In this document: positions 9,003-16,273 of the stretch, piece after piece
Layout: the number at the start of each line of letters is the position of its first letter
Position numbering within the stretch: the stretch's first letter is position 1
Origin: a virus
Lineage: Duplodnaviria; Caudoviricetes
Length of the DNA: 52,124 nt
IMG/VR virus record: IMGVR_UViG_3300027769_000041
Coordinates: 1-52,124 of that record
Reading direction: 5' to 3' (one strand)
Position numbers and translations under genes: made by a program
The notes under the pieces: model-generated
Told to the model about the DNA's origin: nothing
What the model saw: the letters and a program-made list of their open reading frames with translations, nothing else
Database searches by the model: none

Positions 9003-9248
9003 TTACTTCCCTTTTTGGCGGTACGAGCGCGTTTTAGCAGCAATCCCTTTGGGTTGCTGTACGAACTGTTTGCCTTGGGCTTTGCCTCGACGCTTGGCGG
9101 CGGTGGTTCGGGAATACTCGGCTGGGGAAAGAGCTTTGATAGCAGCTTCCGGTAGATATCTTTCACCCGTATCAGAAGATCGTTTACCACTCTTCGTCCT
9201 CCATTTCTGGTCGCCCCAAGCCTTCAAGGACTGTTGGGGAGCCTTCAC
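9003..9248 (-). CDS. Basic protein, DUF5872-like C-terminal half
   Basis: QQSLKAW..QKWRTKSGK...ERYLP...GKQFV; GTG start overlaps the upstream TGA. Confidence 0.7.
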   Translation of the reverse strand: MKAPQQSLKAWGDQKWRTKSGKRSSDTGERYLPEAAIKALSPAEYSRTTAAKRRGKAQGKQFVQQPKGIAAKTRSYRQKGK

Positions 9249-9541
9249 GACTTATACCCGCCGCCCTTGGCCTTGTATCGCTTAGCCAGCAACTGCGCCT
9301 TTCGCGCTGACCATTGACCCGCTGCCGTACCCTGAACCGCACTATTCTTAATACTATTAAACAGACTCTTCCGCATACTCGGCTTGGTGTAGTTTCCGGC
9401 CTGATTGACCTTCGACTCACCGCCTTCCTTGAAGGTCTTGATCGGCTTACCCGTACCAATAACGGGCTTGCTATCTCCACGGCGCTTAGCACGGGGAACC
9501 TTGCCCTTTGCAATCGCCCCCATGCCACGCGAAGCCATCAT
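9245..9541 (-). CDS. Basic protein, DUF5872-like N-terminal half
   Basis: NYTKP.MR...GQWSARKAQLLAKRYK..GGGY; also carries TFKEGG. Confidence 0.7.
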   Translation of the reverse strand: MMASRGMGAIAKGKVPRAKRRGDSKPVIGTGKPIKTFKEGGESKVNQAGNYTKPSMRKSLFNSIKNSAVQGTAAGQWSARKAQLLAKRYKAKGGGYKS

Positions 9542-10041
9542 ACGAACTTGCCTCGTGTCTTACCGCGTGAAGCGATGCCGTCACCACGGCAGCAAGACTC
9601 CATCTTGCCACCGCTACGGGCCGTACGAATGCCTTGCTTCATGTCTCGTCGGAACTCAGCCTCAGCCTGCTTCTTCTTAAGTTCCTGCTCTTGCATGTAA
9701 GCATCGAACTCACGACGGAGCGTTTCCCGATCCATCTCTACTGACTCAGGCTTCTTAGCACCGGCCTTTTTGGACGCCGCTAGATACCGCTTTACGAGGC
9801 TCTTCTCTGCCGCTAACGCACGTTCCTTTCTACGCTTCTCACTCTGCGAGATCTCGTTAGAGTATTCCTGCTGAGCAGCGCCGGGACCGACGATGACCTC
9901 ATCAACCTCGCCGCCGTCTTGGAACTTCTTCGCACGAGGCTTTGGAGGCTTAGGCATACGAGGCATACGAACTCCGGATGACCCAAACCGGGGCATCTTC
10001 TTTTTGAACATCCCCGCAGTATATTTAGGGATGCGCTGCAT
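9538..10041 (-). CDS. Basic protein with FxxGG and C-terminal DGIAxRGKT motifs (putative internal head protein)
   Basis: KKFQDGGEV; ends RGDGIASRGKTRGKFV. Confidence 0.7.
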   Translation of the reverse strand: MQRIPKYTAGMFKKKMPRFGSSGVRMPRMPKPPKPRAKKFQDGGEVDEVIVGPGAAQQEYSNEISQSEKRRKERALAAEKSLVKRYLAASKKAGAKKPESVEMDRETLRREFDAYMQEQELKKKQAEAEFRRDMKQGIRTARSGGKMESCCRGDGIASRGKTRGKFV

Positions 10042-10770
10042 TTAGATAAACCGTCCTTTGGTCTTACCTTTCTGAGCGATACCGTCAGCACGCTTGGAGG
10101 CCGATGACTTAACAGCGCCGCCACGCTTGAACTTGAGTCCTTCCGGCAATTCGTCTGCATAGGCAGCGCGACGGTCAGACCCTTCCGAACTAGCGCGATA
10201 CCTTTCGTCGTAGCGCGGGATGCCCCGGCGAGACATACCTTTACGGGCAGCTTCGCCAGCTTTATCTGTGGCCCGTTCCGCCACATTCGCTTTCTCCGTC
10301 TCACGACGGCGGAGCATTTGCTTAAGACGCAAGGGGAGGTTGGCTTTAGACGCTACGCTCAGACCTTGACCCAAAGCCGTGGCCGCAGCCGCCTCACCAA
10401 CGGTCCTCATAGACTTCAGAGCACGATCAACGTCCTTTTGATCTAGGTCCATAGCGCCCTTAGCAATCCCGCGCTGTTCACGAAACGAGGTAGAACGATC
10501 CCCCGGCAAACCAGACTTGGTTCGCTCAACAGTCGTTTCGGCCTCTTCTTTAACGCGCTTCGACGGATCAGAAGTCTCGTACTTCTTGATGAACTCCATC
10601 GAACTAACGCGACGAGAAGGAGTAGCACTGCTCGCTCCCATGCCGCGCGAAGCCGTCATACGAGTACCCGACTTCTTGCCAGAAGATTTTTTATCCGACT
10701 GCTTTCCCGGCTTTGGGGCTTCTTCGTAGCCCAGCCCGCCTTCTTGGAATCGTTTTACCTTGCGCTTCAT
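10042..10770 (-). CDS. Basic protein with FxxGG and C-terminal DGIAxKGKT motifs
   Basis: KRFQEGG, KFKRGGAV; ends RADGIAQKGKTKGRFI. Confidence 0.7.
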   Translation of the reverse strand: MKRKVKRFQEGGLGYEEAPKPGKQSDKKSSGKKSGTRMTASRGMGASSATPSRRVSSMEFIKKYETSDPSKRVKEEAETTVERTKSGLPGDRSTSFREQRGIAKGAMDLDQKDVDRALKSMRTVGEAAAATALGQGLSVASKANLPLRLKQMLRRRETEKANVAERATDKAGEAARKGMSRRGIPRYDERYRASSEGSDRRAAYADELPEGLKFKRGGAVKSSASKRADGIAQKGKTKGRFI

Positions 10771-10772
10771 GG

Positions 10773-11012
10773 TTACACCATCTTGCAGCGAGTCTTACCC
10801 TTCACAGCGATGCCGTCAGCCCGACGCGAAGCAGAGGAAGCCATACCACCACCAGCCATTTTCTTGGGCTTCGGAGCGGGAGCCTTCTTGATATCGTCGC
10901 CAAACCCAGCACCCGGCTTAATCGTCGGGACATCCGGCAGCATGTGCGGAGGAACCAAGTCGTCGCGGGGCGACGTTGGAGGCATTACAGGTTTACGAGC
11001 ATTCTTACTCAT
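10773..11012 (-). CDS. Small basic protein with MxxGG and DGIAxKGKT motifs
   Basis: KKMAGGGMA; ends RADGIAVKGKTRCKMV. Confidence 0.7.
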   Translation of the reverse strand: MSKNARKPVMPPTSPRDDLVPPHMLPDVPTIKPGAGFGDDIKKAPAPKPKKMAGGGMASSASRRADGIAVKGKTRCKMV

Positions 11013-11230
11013 TAGCAGTACCCGCCTTTGTTCATCTTGACCATCTTGACCTTGGTCTTGCCCTTGCTGGCAACGCCATCAGCGGCCTTGCGGAATGAAC
11101 CGCCAGACTTCGCCATGCCGCCCTTCTTCATGCCGTACTCGGCCTTCTCATGCTTGATCATGGACTTCGGAGCGCCTTTCTTCTTCATGAAGGCGATCTC
11201 CTTCTTTGCCATTGCTTTGGACTCTTTCAT
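11012..11230 (-). CDS. Small basic protein with MxxGG and DGVAxKGKT motifs
   Basis: GMKKGGMA...AADGVASKGKTKVKMVKMNKGGYC. Confidence 0.7.
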   Translation of the reverse strand: MKESKAMAKKEIAFMKKKGAPKSMIKHEKAEYGMKKGGMAKSGGSFRKAADGVASKGKTKVKMVKMNKGGYC

Positions 11231-11376
11231 TTGGATTTACCTTTGAATTTGCGGCCTTTGTCGGCCTTAACGTAATCACGACCCACAGACTGTGGGACAC
11301 CGACCTTCTTGGCAAATGCCTTGTTATGGGCAACCGCCGCCATCAAACGATGTTGTTTACCGGACTTACTTGGCAC
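11227..11376 (-). CDS. Small basic protein (49 aa)
   Basis: Below cutoff. GTG start: MPSKSGKQHRLMAAVAHNKAFAKKVGVPQSVGRDYVKADKGRKFKGKSK; ATGA overlap with the next gene. Confidence 0.7.
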   Translation of the reverse strand: MPSKSGKQHRLMAAVAHNKAFAKKVGVPQSVGRDYVKADKGRKFKGKSK

Positions 11377-11572
11377 GGTCTTTCCACCGACTAATAAAGT
11401 CCTTCACCGTATCAGTTTCGTAGATACGGATGCTCGTCCACACAATTGTGATTAATGCTGCAATTGACGGGAGCATGTTTACCAACGTCCCTACCACGGT
11501 GAAGACCGAGACTGCATCGCCAACGGTCTTAACGATTTCTTGACTCTCTTGTTTCATCTTCAGCAATTCCAC
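11366..11572 (-). CDS. Small membrane protein, holin-like
   Basis: Hydrophobic VSVFTVVGTLVNMLPSIAALITIVW followed by IRIYET. Confidence 0.6.
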   Translation of the reverse strand: MELLKMKQESQEIVKTVGDAVSVFTVVGTLVNMLPSIAALITIVWTSIRIYETDTVKDFISRWKDRAK

Positions 11573-11814
11573 GCTCGAAGACTTTTGTTGATACGGGAGT
11601 TCGGGTCATTCGCAGTCTTGGCGCTCGTCAGTTTCTTCTTCATCCCCGACATCCGGGCACAAAAAGATTTCTTACGAGCACCGCCTTGAGGCTGCGGAGC
11701 CTTAAGTCCCGGCTTACCGGGGTTCGCGCGGTTGTAGGAAGCCCTGCCAGCAGCGTTTAAACCGCCTTTAGGGTTCTTCCCCTCCTTGCGTTGCCACGCA
11801 GGAGTTTTAGCCAT
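11560..11814 (-). CDS. Basic phage protein (DUF6321-like)
   Basis: AWQRKEGKNPKGGLN..GR...RKKSFCARM.GM...SRINKSLRAW.C. Confidence 0.7.
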   Translation of the reverse strand: MAKTPAWQRKEGKNPKGGLNAAGRASYNRANPGKPGLKAPQPQGGARKKSFCARMSGMKKKLTSAKTANDPNSRINKSLRAWNC

Positions 11815-12115
11815 AGATCACCGTCACTGATGCAATCGTGGTGATGTCCGCGTAGACATTGGTCTGGAAAAGCAGACCTTCCCCCGGTAGCAACATATAG
11901 TCCGGCCCCGTTGAAGCGGGGAAGACATTGACAGTGATTTTGATAGGACCGCTTGTCCCGCCGTCTTTCAGCACAACAGAGCCTGCACTGCTGGCAGTCG
12001 GGATAATACGGATAGCCTTAACACGTGCGCGACCAATCACGTTCCCAGCTTGATCAAGCAACTGACCATCAGCGATCAGAGGTTGACTGGCTAAAACGTC
12101 TGTTTGCATAGCCAT
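11807..12115 (-). CDS. Virion structural protein
   Basis: MQTDV...RVKAI...LPGEGLLF...VY pattern; AGGAG RBS; follows the capsid genes. Confidence 0.65.
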   Translation of the reverse strand: MAMQTDVLASQPLIADGQLLDQAGNVIGRARVKAIRIIPTASSAGSVVLKDGGTSGPIKITVNVFPASTGPDYMLLPGEGLLFQTNVYADITTIASVTVIYG

Positions 12116-12127
12116 TAGCGGCTCCTA

Positions 12128-12529
12128 TTAGGCGATAGTCACGCCACGGGATGCAAGAATCGCCCAGCCAGCCGAGGTGTAGATCAGCGTAACGCTGTCA
12201 CCAACCGCAGCAAACGTGACGGTTGAGAATCCAATCGCCGTGGCCGGGGTCAGAACCGCCGAACCACCGTCAACCGCGTGAACGATGACCTTCATTTCGC
12301 CGACTACGCCATTAGCAAGAGTCAGGGCCTGCGACAGACCGGACGTGGTGAGCGACGTGAACGCGTTGGTAATATCAACCGCACCCGCACCCGAGAGTGA
12401 TTGGGTGCCGAGAACTACGTCGGTGCCGAAAGAAGAGTTGACCGTTACCGCACCCGTGGTGCTGTTGATGCTGATGGACTGGAAGCCGTTCTGTGAACGA
12501 ACCGGTCCCGAAAAAGTAGTATTTGCCAT
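12128..12529 (-). CDS. Virion structural protein (possible head fibre/decoration)
   Basis: MANTTFSGPVRS..GF N-terminus; directly downstream of the major capsid gene; GAGGA RBS. Confidence 0.7.
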   Translation of the reverse strand: MANTTFSGPVRSQNGFQSISINSTTGAVTVNSSFGTDVVLGTQSLSGAGAVDITNAFTSLTTSGLSQALTLANGVVGEMKVIVHAVDGGSAVLTPATAIGFSTVTFAAVGDSVTLIYTSAGWAILASRGVTIA

Positions 12530-12540
12530 TTCAATTCCTC

Positions 12541-12615
12541 ACATGCGAGTTGTGCTTATCAGTCTGCATGTCGTCAGTCGGGGCTGTCTGATAAGCGATT
12601 TTTCCCGATGACGAC
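12541..12615 (-). ncRNA. Pseudoknotted structured RNA downstream of the major capsid gene (Mu-gpT-DE-like candidate)
   Basis: Three interleaved stems: 12604-12615/12570-12582 (12 bp, 1-nt bulge), 12588-12596/12554-12562 (9 bp), 12566-12571/12541-12546 (6 bp). Confidence 0.7.
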
Positions 12616-12633
12616 TATATACCCTTAGTACCC

Positions 12634-12662
12634 AAAAAAAGAAAGGGGGGCCGAAGCCCCCC
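12634..12662 (-). terminator. Intrinsic terminator after the major capsid gene
   Basis: Minus strand GGGGGGC-TTCG-GCCCCCC followed by TTTCTTTTTTT (cUUCGg loop). Confidence 0.9.
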
Positions 12663-12673
12663 TCCCGGTCCTA

Positions 12674-13582
12674 TTAGGACGCGCCCGGCGAACCGAACAT
12701 GCCCAGCGGATCCGACCAGCCGAAGCTATAACGCTCGCGGCTCTTGTACCGGACGTTGCCGGTGTCGAAATCGCCGTCCATGCTGTTAGCCAGCGGGGTA
12801 CGAACGAAGTGCTTCATGCCGTTCGGAACGTCGGTCGTCAAGAACCAAGCATTCGGATCGGTCAGGAAGTGGTTCACGGTGTAGCCACCGGGGATCGAAC
12901 CCATCGCCTTCAGAGCGTTGATGTCGTTGTCAGCGGTCGCAACACGGAGTTCCGTGTCGAGAAGACGCTTGGCAGTGAACATCAAAGCCGGGGGAACGAT
13001 GAGCTTGCCGGGCTTCGCCGCGATCAAGAGACCACGTTCGTCGGTCCAACCAGCAATCTGAATGACAGCCGCTTCCAACGAGGTTTCGTTGAGATCCGAC
13101 GCCGTCAAACGGTTGCTGTTGGTGCCGCCCGAAACAAGCGGATGCGAGGCCGAGAACAGGGGCTGTCCGTCACCGCCAGCATAGGCAGAGGCGAAGCCAT
13201 TGTTCAGGACCGAGGCAGCCTTAACCTGCTTCGTGTACGCCATAGCGCGAGCAAGAGCCTTCGTGTAACGCTTGCTGAGCGAGTCGTACAGATTGTCTTC
13301 CACAGCCTCTTCCGTGATGGAGAAGCCGAGAGCAATCGTCTCGTGGTTGTAACGAGCCGTCCAAGCTTCCTGCGCGTTATCGTACGCAATGGCTTGGCCT
13401 TCCGGCTTGACCGGGGCAGCGGAGAATCCGCTCAGCTTCGTCTCTTCTTCAAAGGAACGCTCGGAGGTCTCAGTCTCGTAGATCTCCTTGTGCTCCTCAC
13501 CATATTGCTTGTACTCAAGGCCGAACAGGGCATTCAAGCCCGGCAGGAGTTCCTTAAGTAATTGTGCGCGTGAAATAGCCAT
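12674..13582 (-). CDS. Major capsid protein (Mu gpT-like, HK97 fold)
   Basis: MAISRAQLLKELLPGLNALFGLEY...LIVPPAL...AWFL...RERYSFGWSDP; AGGAG RBS; strongly biased codons; terminator downstream. Confidence 0.9.
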   Translation of the reverse strand: MAISRAQLLKELLPGLNALFGLEYKQYGEEHKEIYETETSERSFEEETKLSGFSAAPVKPEGQAIAYDNAQEAWTARYNHETIALGFSITEEAVEDNLYDSLSKRYTKALARAMAYTKQVKAASVLNNGFASAYAGGDGQPLFSASHPLVSGGTNSNRLTASDLNETSLEAAVIQIAGWTDERGLLIAAKPGKLIVPPALMFTAKRLLDTELRVATADNDINALKAMGSIPGGYTVNHFLTDPNAWFLTTDVPNGMKHFVRTPLANSMDGDFDTGNVRYKSRERYSFGWSDPLGMFGSPGAS

Positions 13583-13597
13583 TTCTTAAGACTCCTA

Positions 13598-14230
13598 TTA
13601 GGTGCCCGACGCGTTGTTATACGCGTGGTAACCAGCGTTGAACTTGACGATGAACTCGACAATGTTGCCGCTGCTATTCGCAGTGTCCACCACCACATCA
13701 ACCACACGGAACGGCAACGAAGTCGCTACGTTGTTGATGTACACACCCATCTTGCTGTCACCCGTGATCGAAGAACCCGTGTTGAGAACGAGTTCCGCGT
13801 TCGTGCCAAACGAGTTGGCGCGGGAAACATAAGCCGGGAGAAGGCCGCCCGAGGTGCTGTTCGCAACGTTGCTCGTCACGTTCACAACCTTGAAGAGGGC
13901 ATTCGGATCATCGGCAACGTAGGCCGTGATGTCGTCAGCCGCAACGCTTCCCGGATAATACTGCGAGAAGAGCTTCTGCTTCGTGGTCGGGTTCGTGTAC
14001 GAACAGCCGAGGAACACGCCGATAACGCCCGCAATCGGGGAAATATCGTTCTGAAGGGTCGTGATGATGACATTTCCCGACGAGTTCAACTGAACCACAT
14101 CGCCGTTATAGATGGCGGTGCCGTAGTTGTTCCCAATCGGAATCTGTCGCGTAGCACCCGCAAACGGAAGTCCACCGATCAGATTGACCGGCTTCAAACC
14201 GTAAGGTGCATCAACAGTGGGATAAGCCAT
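13598..14230 (-). CDS. Capsid cement/decoration protein
   Basis: DAPYGLKPV...IYNGDVV...GVFLGCSY...AYVADDP; immediately upstream of the capsid gene. Confidence 0.7.
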   Translation of the reverse strand: MAYPTVDAPYGLKPVNLIGGLPFAGATRQIPIGNNYGTAIYNGDVVQLNSSGNVIITTLQNDISPIAGVIGVFLGCSYTNPTTKQKLFSQYYPGSVAADDITAYVADDPNALFKVVNVTSNVANSTSGGLLPAYVSRANSFGTNAELVLNTGSSITGDSKMGVYINNVATSLPFRVVDVVVDTANSSGNIVEFIVKFNAGYHAYNNASGT

Positions 14231-14250
14231 TTGATACTCCTAAAGTGAAT

Positions 14251-14700
14251 TTATTTGCCTTTGCCAAACGAGACCGTCGTTTTCCTCTCATTAAAGAGGG
14301 GCATACGCTCGTCGTTCAGCCTCATAAAGTTGTTGTCTACAGACTGGATCTGAGCCTTCGCTTGCTGGGTGTAGTACCCATCACGCTGTTTCATTAGCTC
14401 AGCCGGAGCCTTGCAAAGCAACAAACCACCGATCTCAATGTTGTCTTTGAAACGTCCATTAGGATCAGCTTGCATCATCAATTTGGGTTGTTCAGAAGCC
14501 TTAACCGGCTCCCAACCTTCCCGGAATTTCGCAGACGTATTAGAGGGATCTGCTTGACCCATAATGCTCGTCCGGATCCAACGGAACACCCAACCCTCTT
14601 GCGGCTCCGGTTCAGGGAGTGTTTGAGGCGGTGTCCACGCCATTTTGCGTTGCGCGGATTCTCTGTTCTCGACTTCGCGTGCGAGTCTGTTATCAGCCAT
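14251..14700 (-). CDS. Conserved head-module protein
   Basis: W.PP..LP.P...GWVFRWIR...REGWEPV...GGLLLCK.P; between scaffold and capsid genes. Confidence 0.7.
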   Translation of the reverse strand: MADNRLAREVENRESAQRKMAWTPPQTLPEPEPQEGWVFRWIRTSIMGQADPSNTSAKFREGWEPVKASEQPKLMMQADPNGRFKDNIEIGGLLLCKAPAELMKQRDGYYTQQAKAQIQSVDNNFMRLNDERMPLFNERKTTVSFGKGK

Positions 14701-15694
14701 TGCCGTTCTCCATTTCGATCATTGCTTTTGCGTACTCTTGATTGCTAATGCCAAGTTTTTTGGCTAGGGCAATTTGAGTCGGTGTCAGGCGGACCTGACG
14801 CGGCGCGGTTCCCCGCGTAACTGGAGCCACCACATTGGCTGGCTTATTTGCGCGAGCGGGCTTTTGAGCCTGCTTCGTTTGAGGTTGTTCATCCTCTTCG
14901 GCGTCGTCAAACGCCTCGGGGAATCTTTTCCTCATCGTATCGTCGACTCGGCGGTAGTAATCATCCGAACTAGGATCTACGCCGCTCCGGACCAACTTTT
15001 CGTGCAGGCCGAGCGCGAGGGCGGTCATCTCCTCGTCCACACCAAACCAAGTGTTTTTATCCCGCCACGCTTCAGCCCTTGGATCGGCTTTAGACGCAGG
15101 GGCCACCGGAGGTGTCGTTACCTGTTGATTCTGTTCTACTCTTTCCTCTTCCCGTTGTAAAGAGGGTTTTATACGAGACAGGTTCTGGAGCTTGAGCTTA
15201 GCGTCAGTCATAGCCTCTTGAGCATTAGCGATCAGTTCAGCATCGCCTGCCTCATAAGCCTGCTTCAGCTTCTCCTTGGCTACGGTCAGGTCAGTGGTTG
15301 CTGATTTCTCAGCCTCCTTAATAAATGCCTGTTCGTTGTGCCCAAGTCGGTTTTTAAGTTGCTTAATCTCCTGCTCACGGGCCTGAGCAAACCGCAGGGC
15401 TTCCTCACGCTCCCGGACGGCCCGCTCTTTCTCGCGGCGCTCGTCATGCCACACCTTCTTCATCTGAGACAGGCGCTTCTTGACCTTCTCAGAGTACTCC
15501 TCAAGATCGTCGTTATCGAGTTCGTTAACTACTTCCTTGGGCAGGGGCTTCCGACCCCGGTCTTCCGGCGGGGTATCGTCTTCAATCTCAATAGAGATAT
15601 CGTCCCCGGAGGCTTCTTGGGTAGATCCCGCTTTTTCAGCGGCTTCTGCCTCAATCTCATCAGGGAACTTAAATTCGTTCTTATCAATAGACAT
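14693..15694 (-). CDS. Capsid scaffolding protein
   Basis: Acidic N-terminus, long coiled coil, W..KN.WFG and C-terminal LTPTQIALAKKLGIS..EYA; head-module position. Confidence 0.75.
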   Translation of the reverse strand: MSIDKNEFKFPDEIEAEAAEKAGSTQEASGDDISIEIEDDTPPEDRGRKPLPKEVVNELDNDDLEEYSEKVKKRLSQMKKVWHDERREKERAVREREEALRFAQAREQEIKQLKNRLGHNEQAFIKEAEKSATTDLTVAKEKLKQAYEAGDAELIANAQEAMTDAKLKLQNLSRIKPSLQREEERVEQNQQVTTPPVAPASKADPRAEAWRDKNTWFGVDEEMTALALGLHEKLVRSGVDPSSDDYYRRVDDTMRKRFPEAFDDAEEDEQPQTKQAQKPARANKPANVVAPVTRGTAPRQVRLTPTQIALAKKLGISNQEYAKAMIEMENGNG

Positions 15695-15705
15695 TATGTT
15701 TTACC

Positions 15706-16083
15706 TCATGCGCGACGGATGCCACGGGGGTCTTGGACCACCGCTTCCACCGTGTCGTCGTTAATGATGCGGAACTCTCGTCCGTGGATAACTACGCGGG
15801 TACCGGCATAGGGGCGGGTGAGAATAAAGTCACCCTCCTTACACCACGGACCGGCGGGGAACCGGTCCTGATCCTTGTAGCAAAGCTCGCCCATCTTCAC
15901 GACAAAGAGGACCACCGTAGTCAGTTCCTCAGTGCGTTTAGTGTCGTCCGCTTTAATGATCCCGCCCTCAAACTCCTCCTCTACGTGCGGAACCGCACAT
16001 AGCATTCGGTAGCCTTTGGGTTCTGGCAGTAGTTTGGCTTTAGCAGCCTCTTCCTGTGTTTTCTCAATATCAATACTACTCAT
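15706..16083 (-). CDS. groES: GroES-like co-chaperonin
   Basis: LPEPKGYRML...GGII...VVKMG...WCKEGDFIL..PYAGT......EFRIINDDTV.AVV; start revised to the ATG after GGAG. Confidence 0.85.
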   Translation of the reverse strand: MSSIDIEKTQEEAAKAKLLPEPKGYRMLCAVPHVEEEFEGGIIKADDTKRTEELTTVVLFVVKMGELCYKDQDRFPAGPWCKEGDFILTRPYAGTRVVIHGREFRIINDDTVEAVVQDPRGIRRA

Positions 16084-16270
16084 CATCGCGCTCCAAGCGT
16101 TTTGCAAGGTCTTTGATGTGGTTCTTTGCGAGTTCAAGACCCTGTAACGCCCCGCAAAGTCTTTTGTATTCACCTTCATCCAATTTGCCTTGGATCAAAG
16201 CTTCAACAATCAATGTGCGCTCTTCGTCTAACTTCGCTGTTAGATACTCAAGAGCGTTTGAGTACGCCAT
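16076..16270 (-). CDS. Small conserved protein downstream of the portal
   Basis: 64 aa helical, EYKRLCG.LQGL; AGGAG RBS. Confidence 0.7.
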   Translation of the reverse strand: MAYSNALEYLTAKLDEERTLIVEALIQGKLDEGEYKRLCGALQGLELAKNHIKDLAKRLERDDE

Positions 16271-16273
16271 GAA

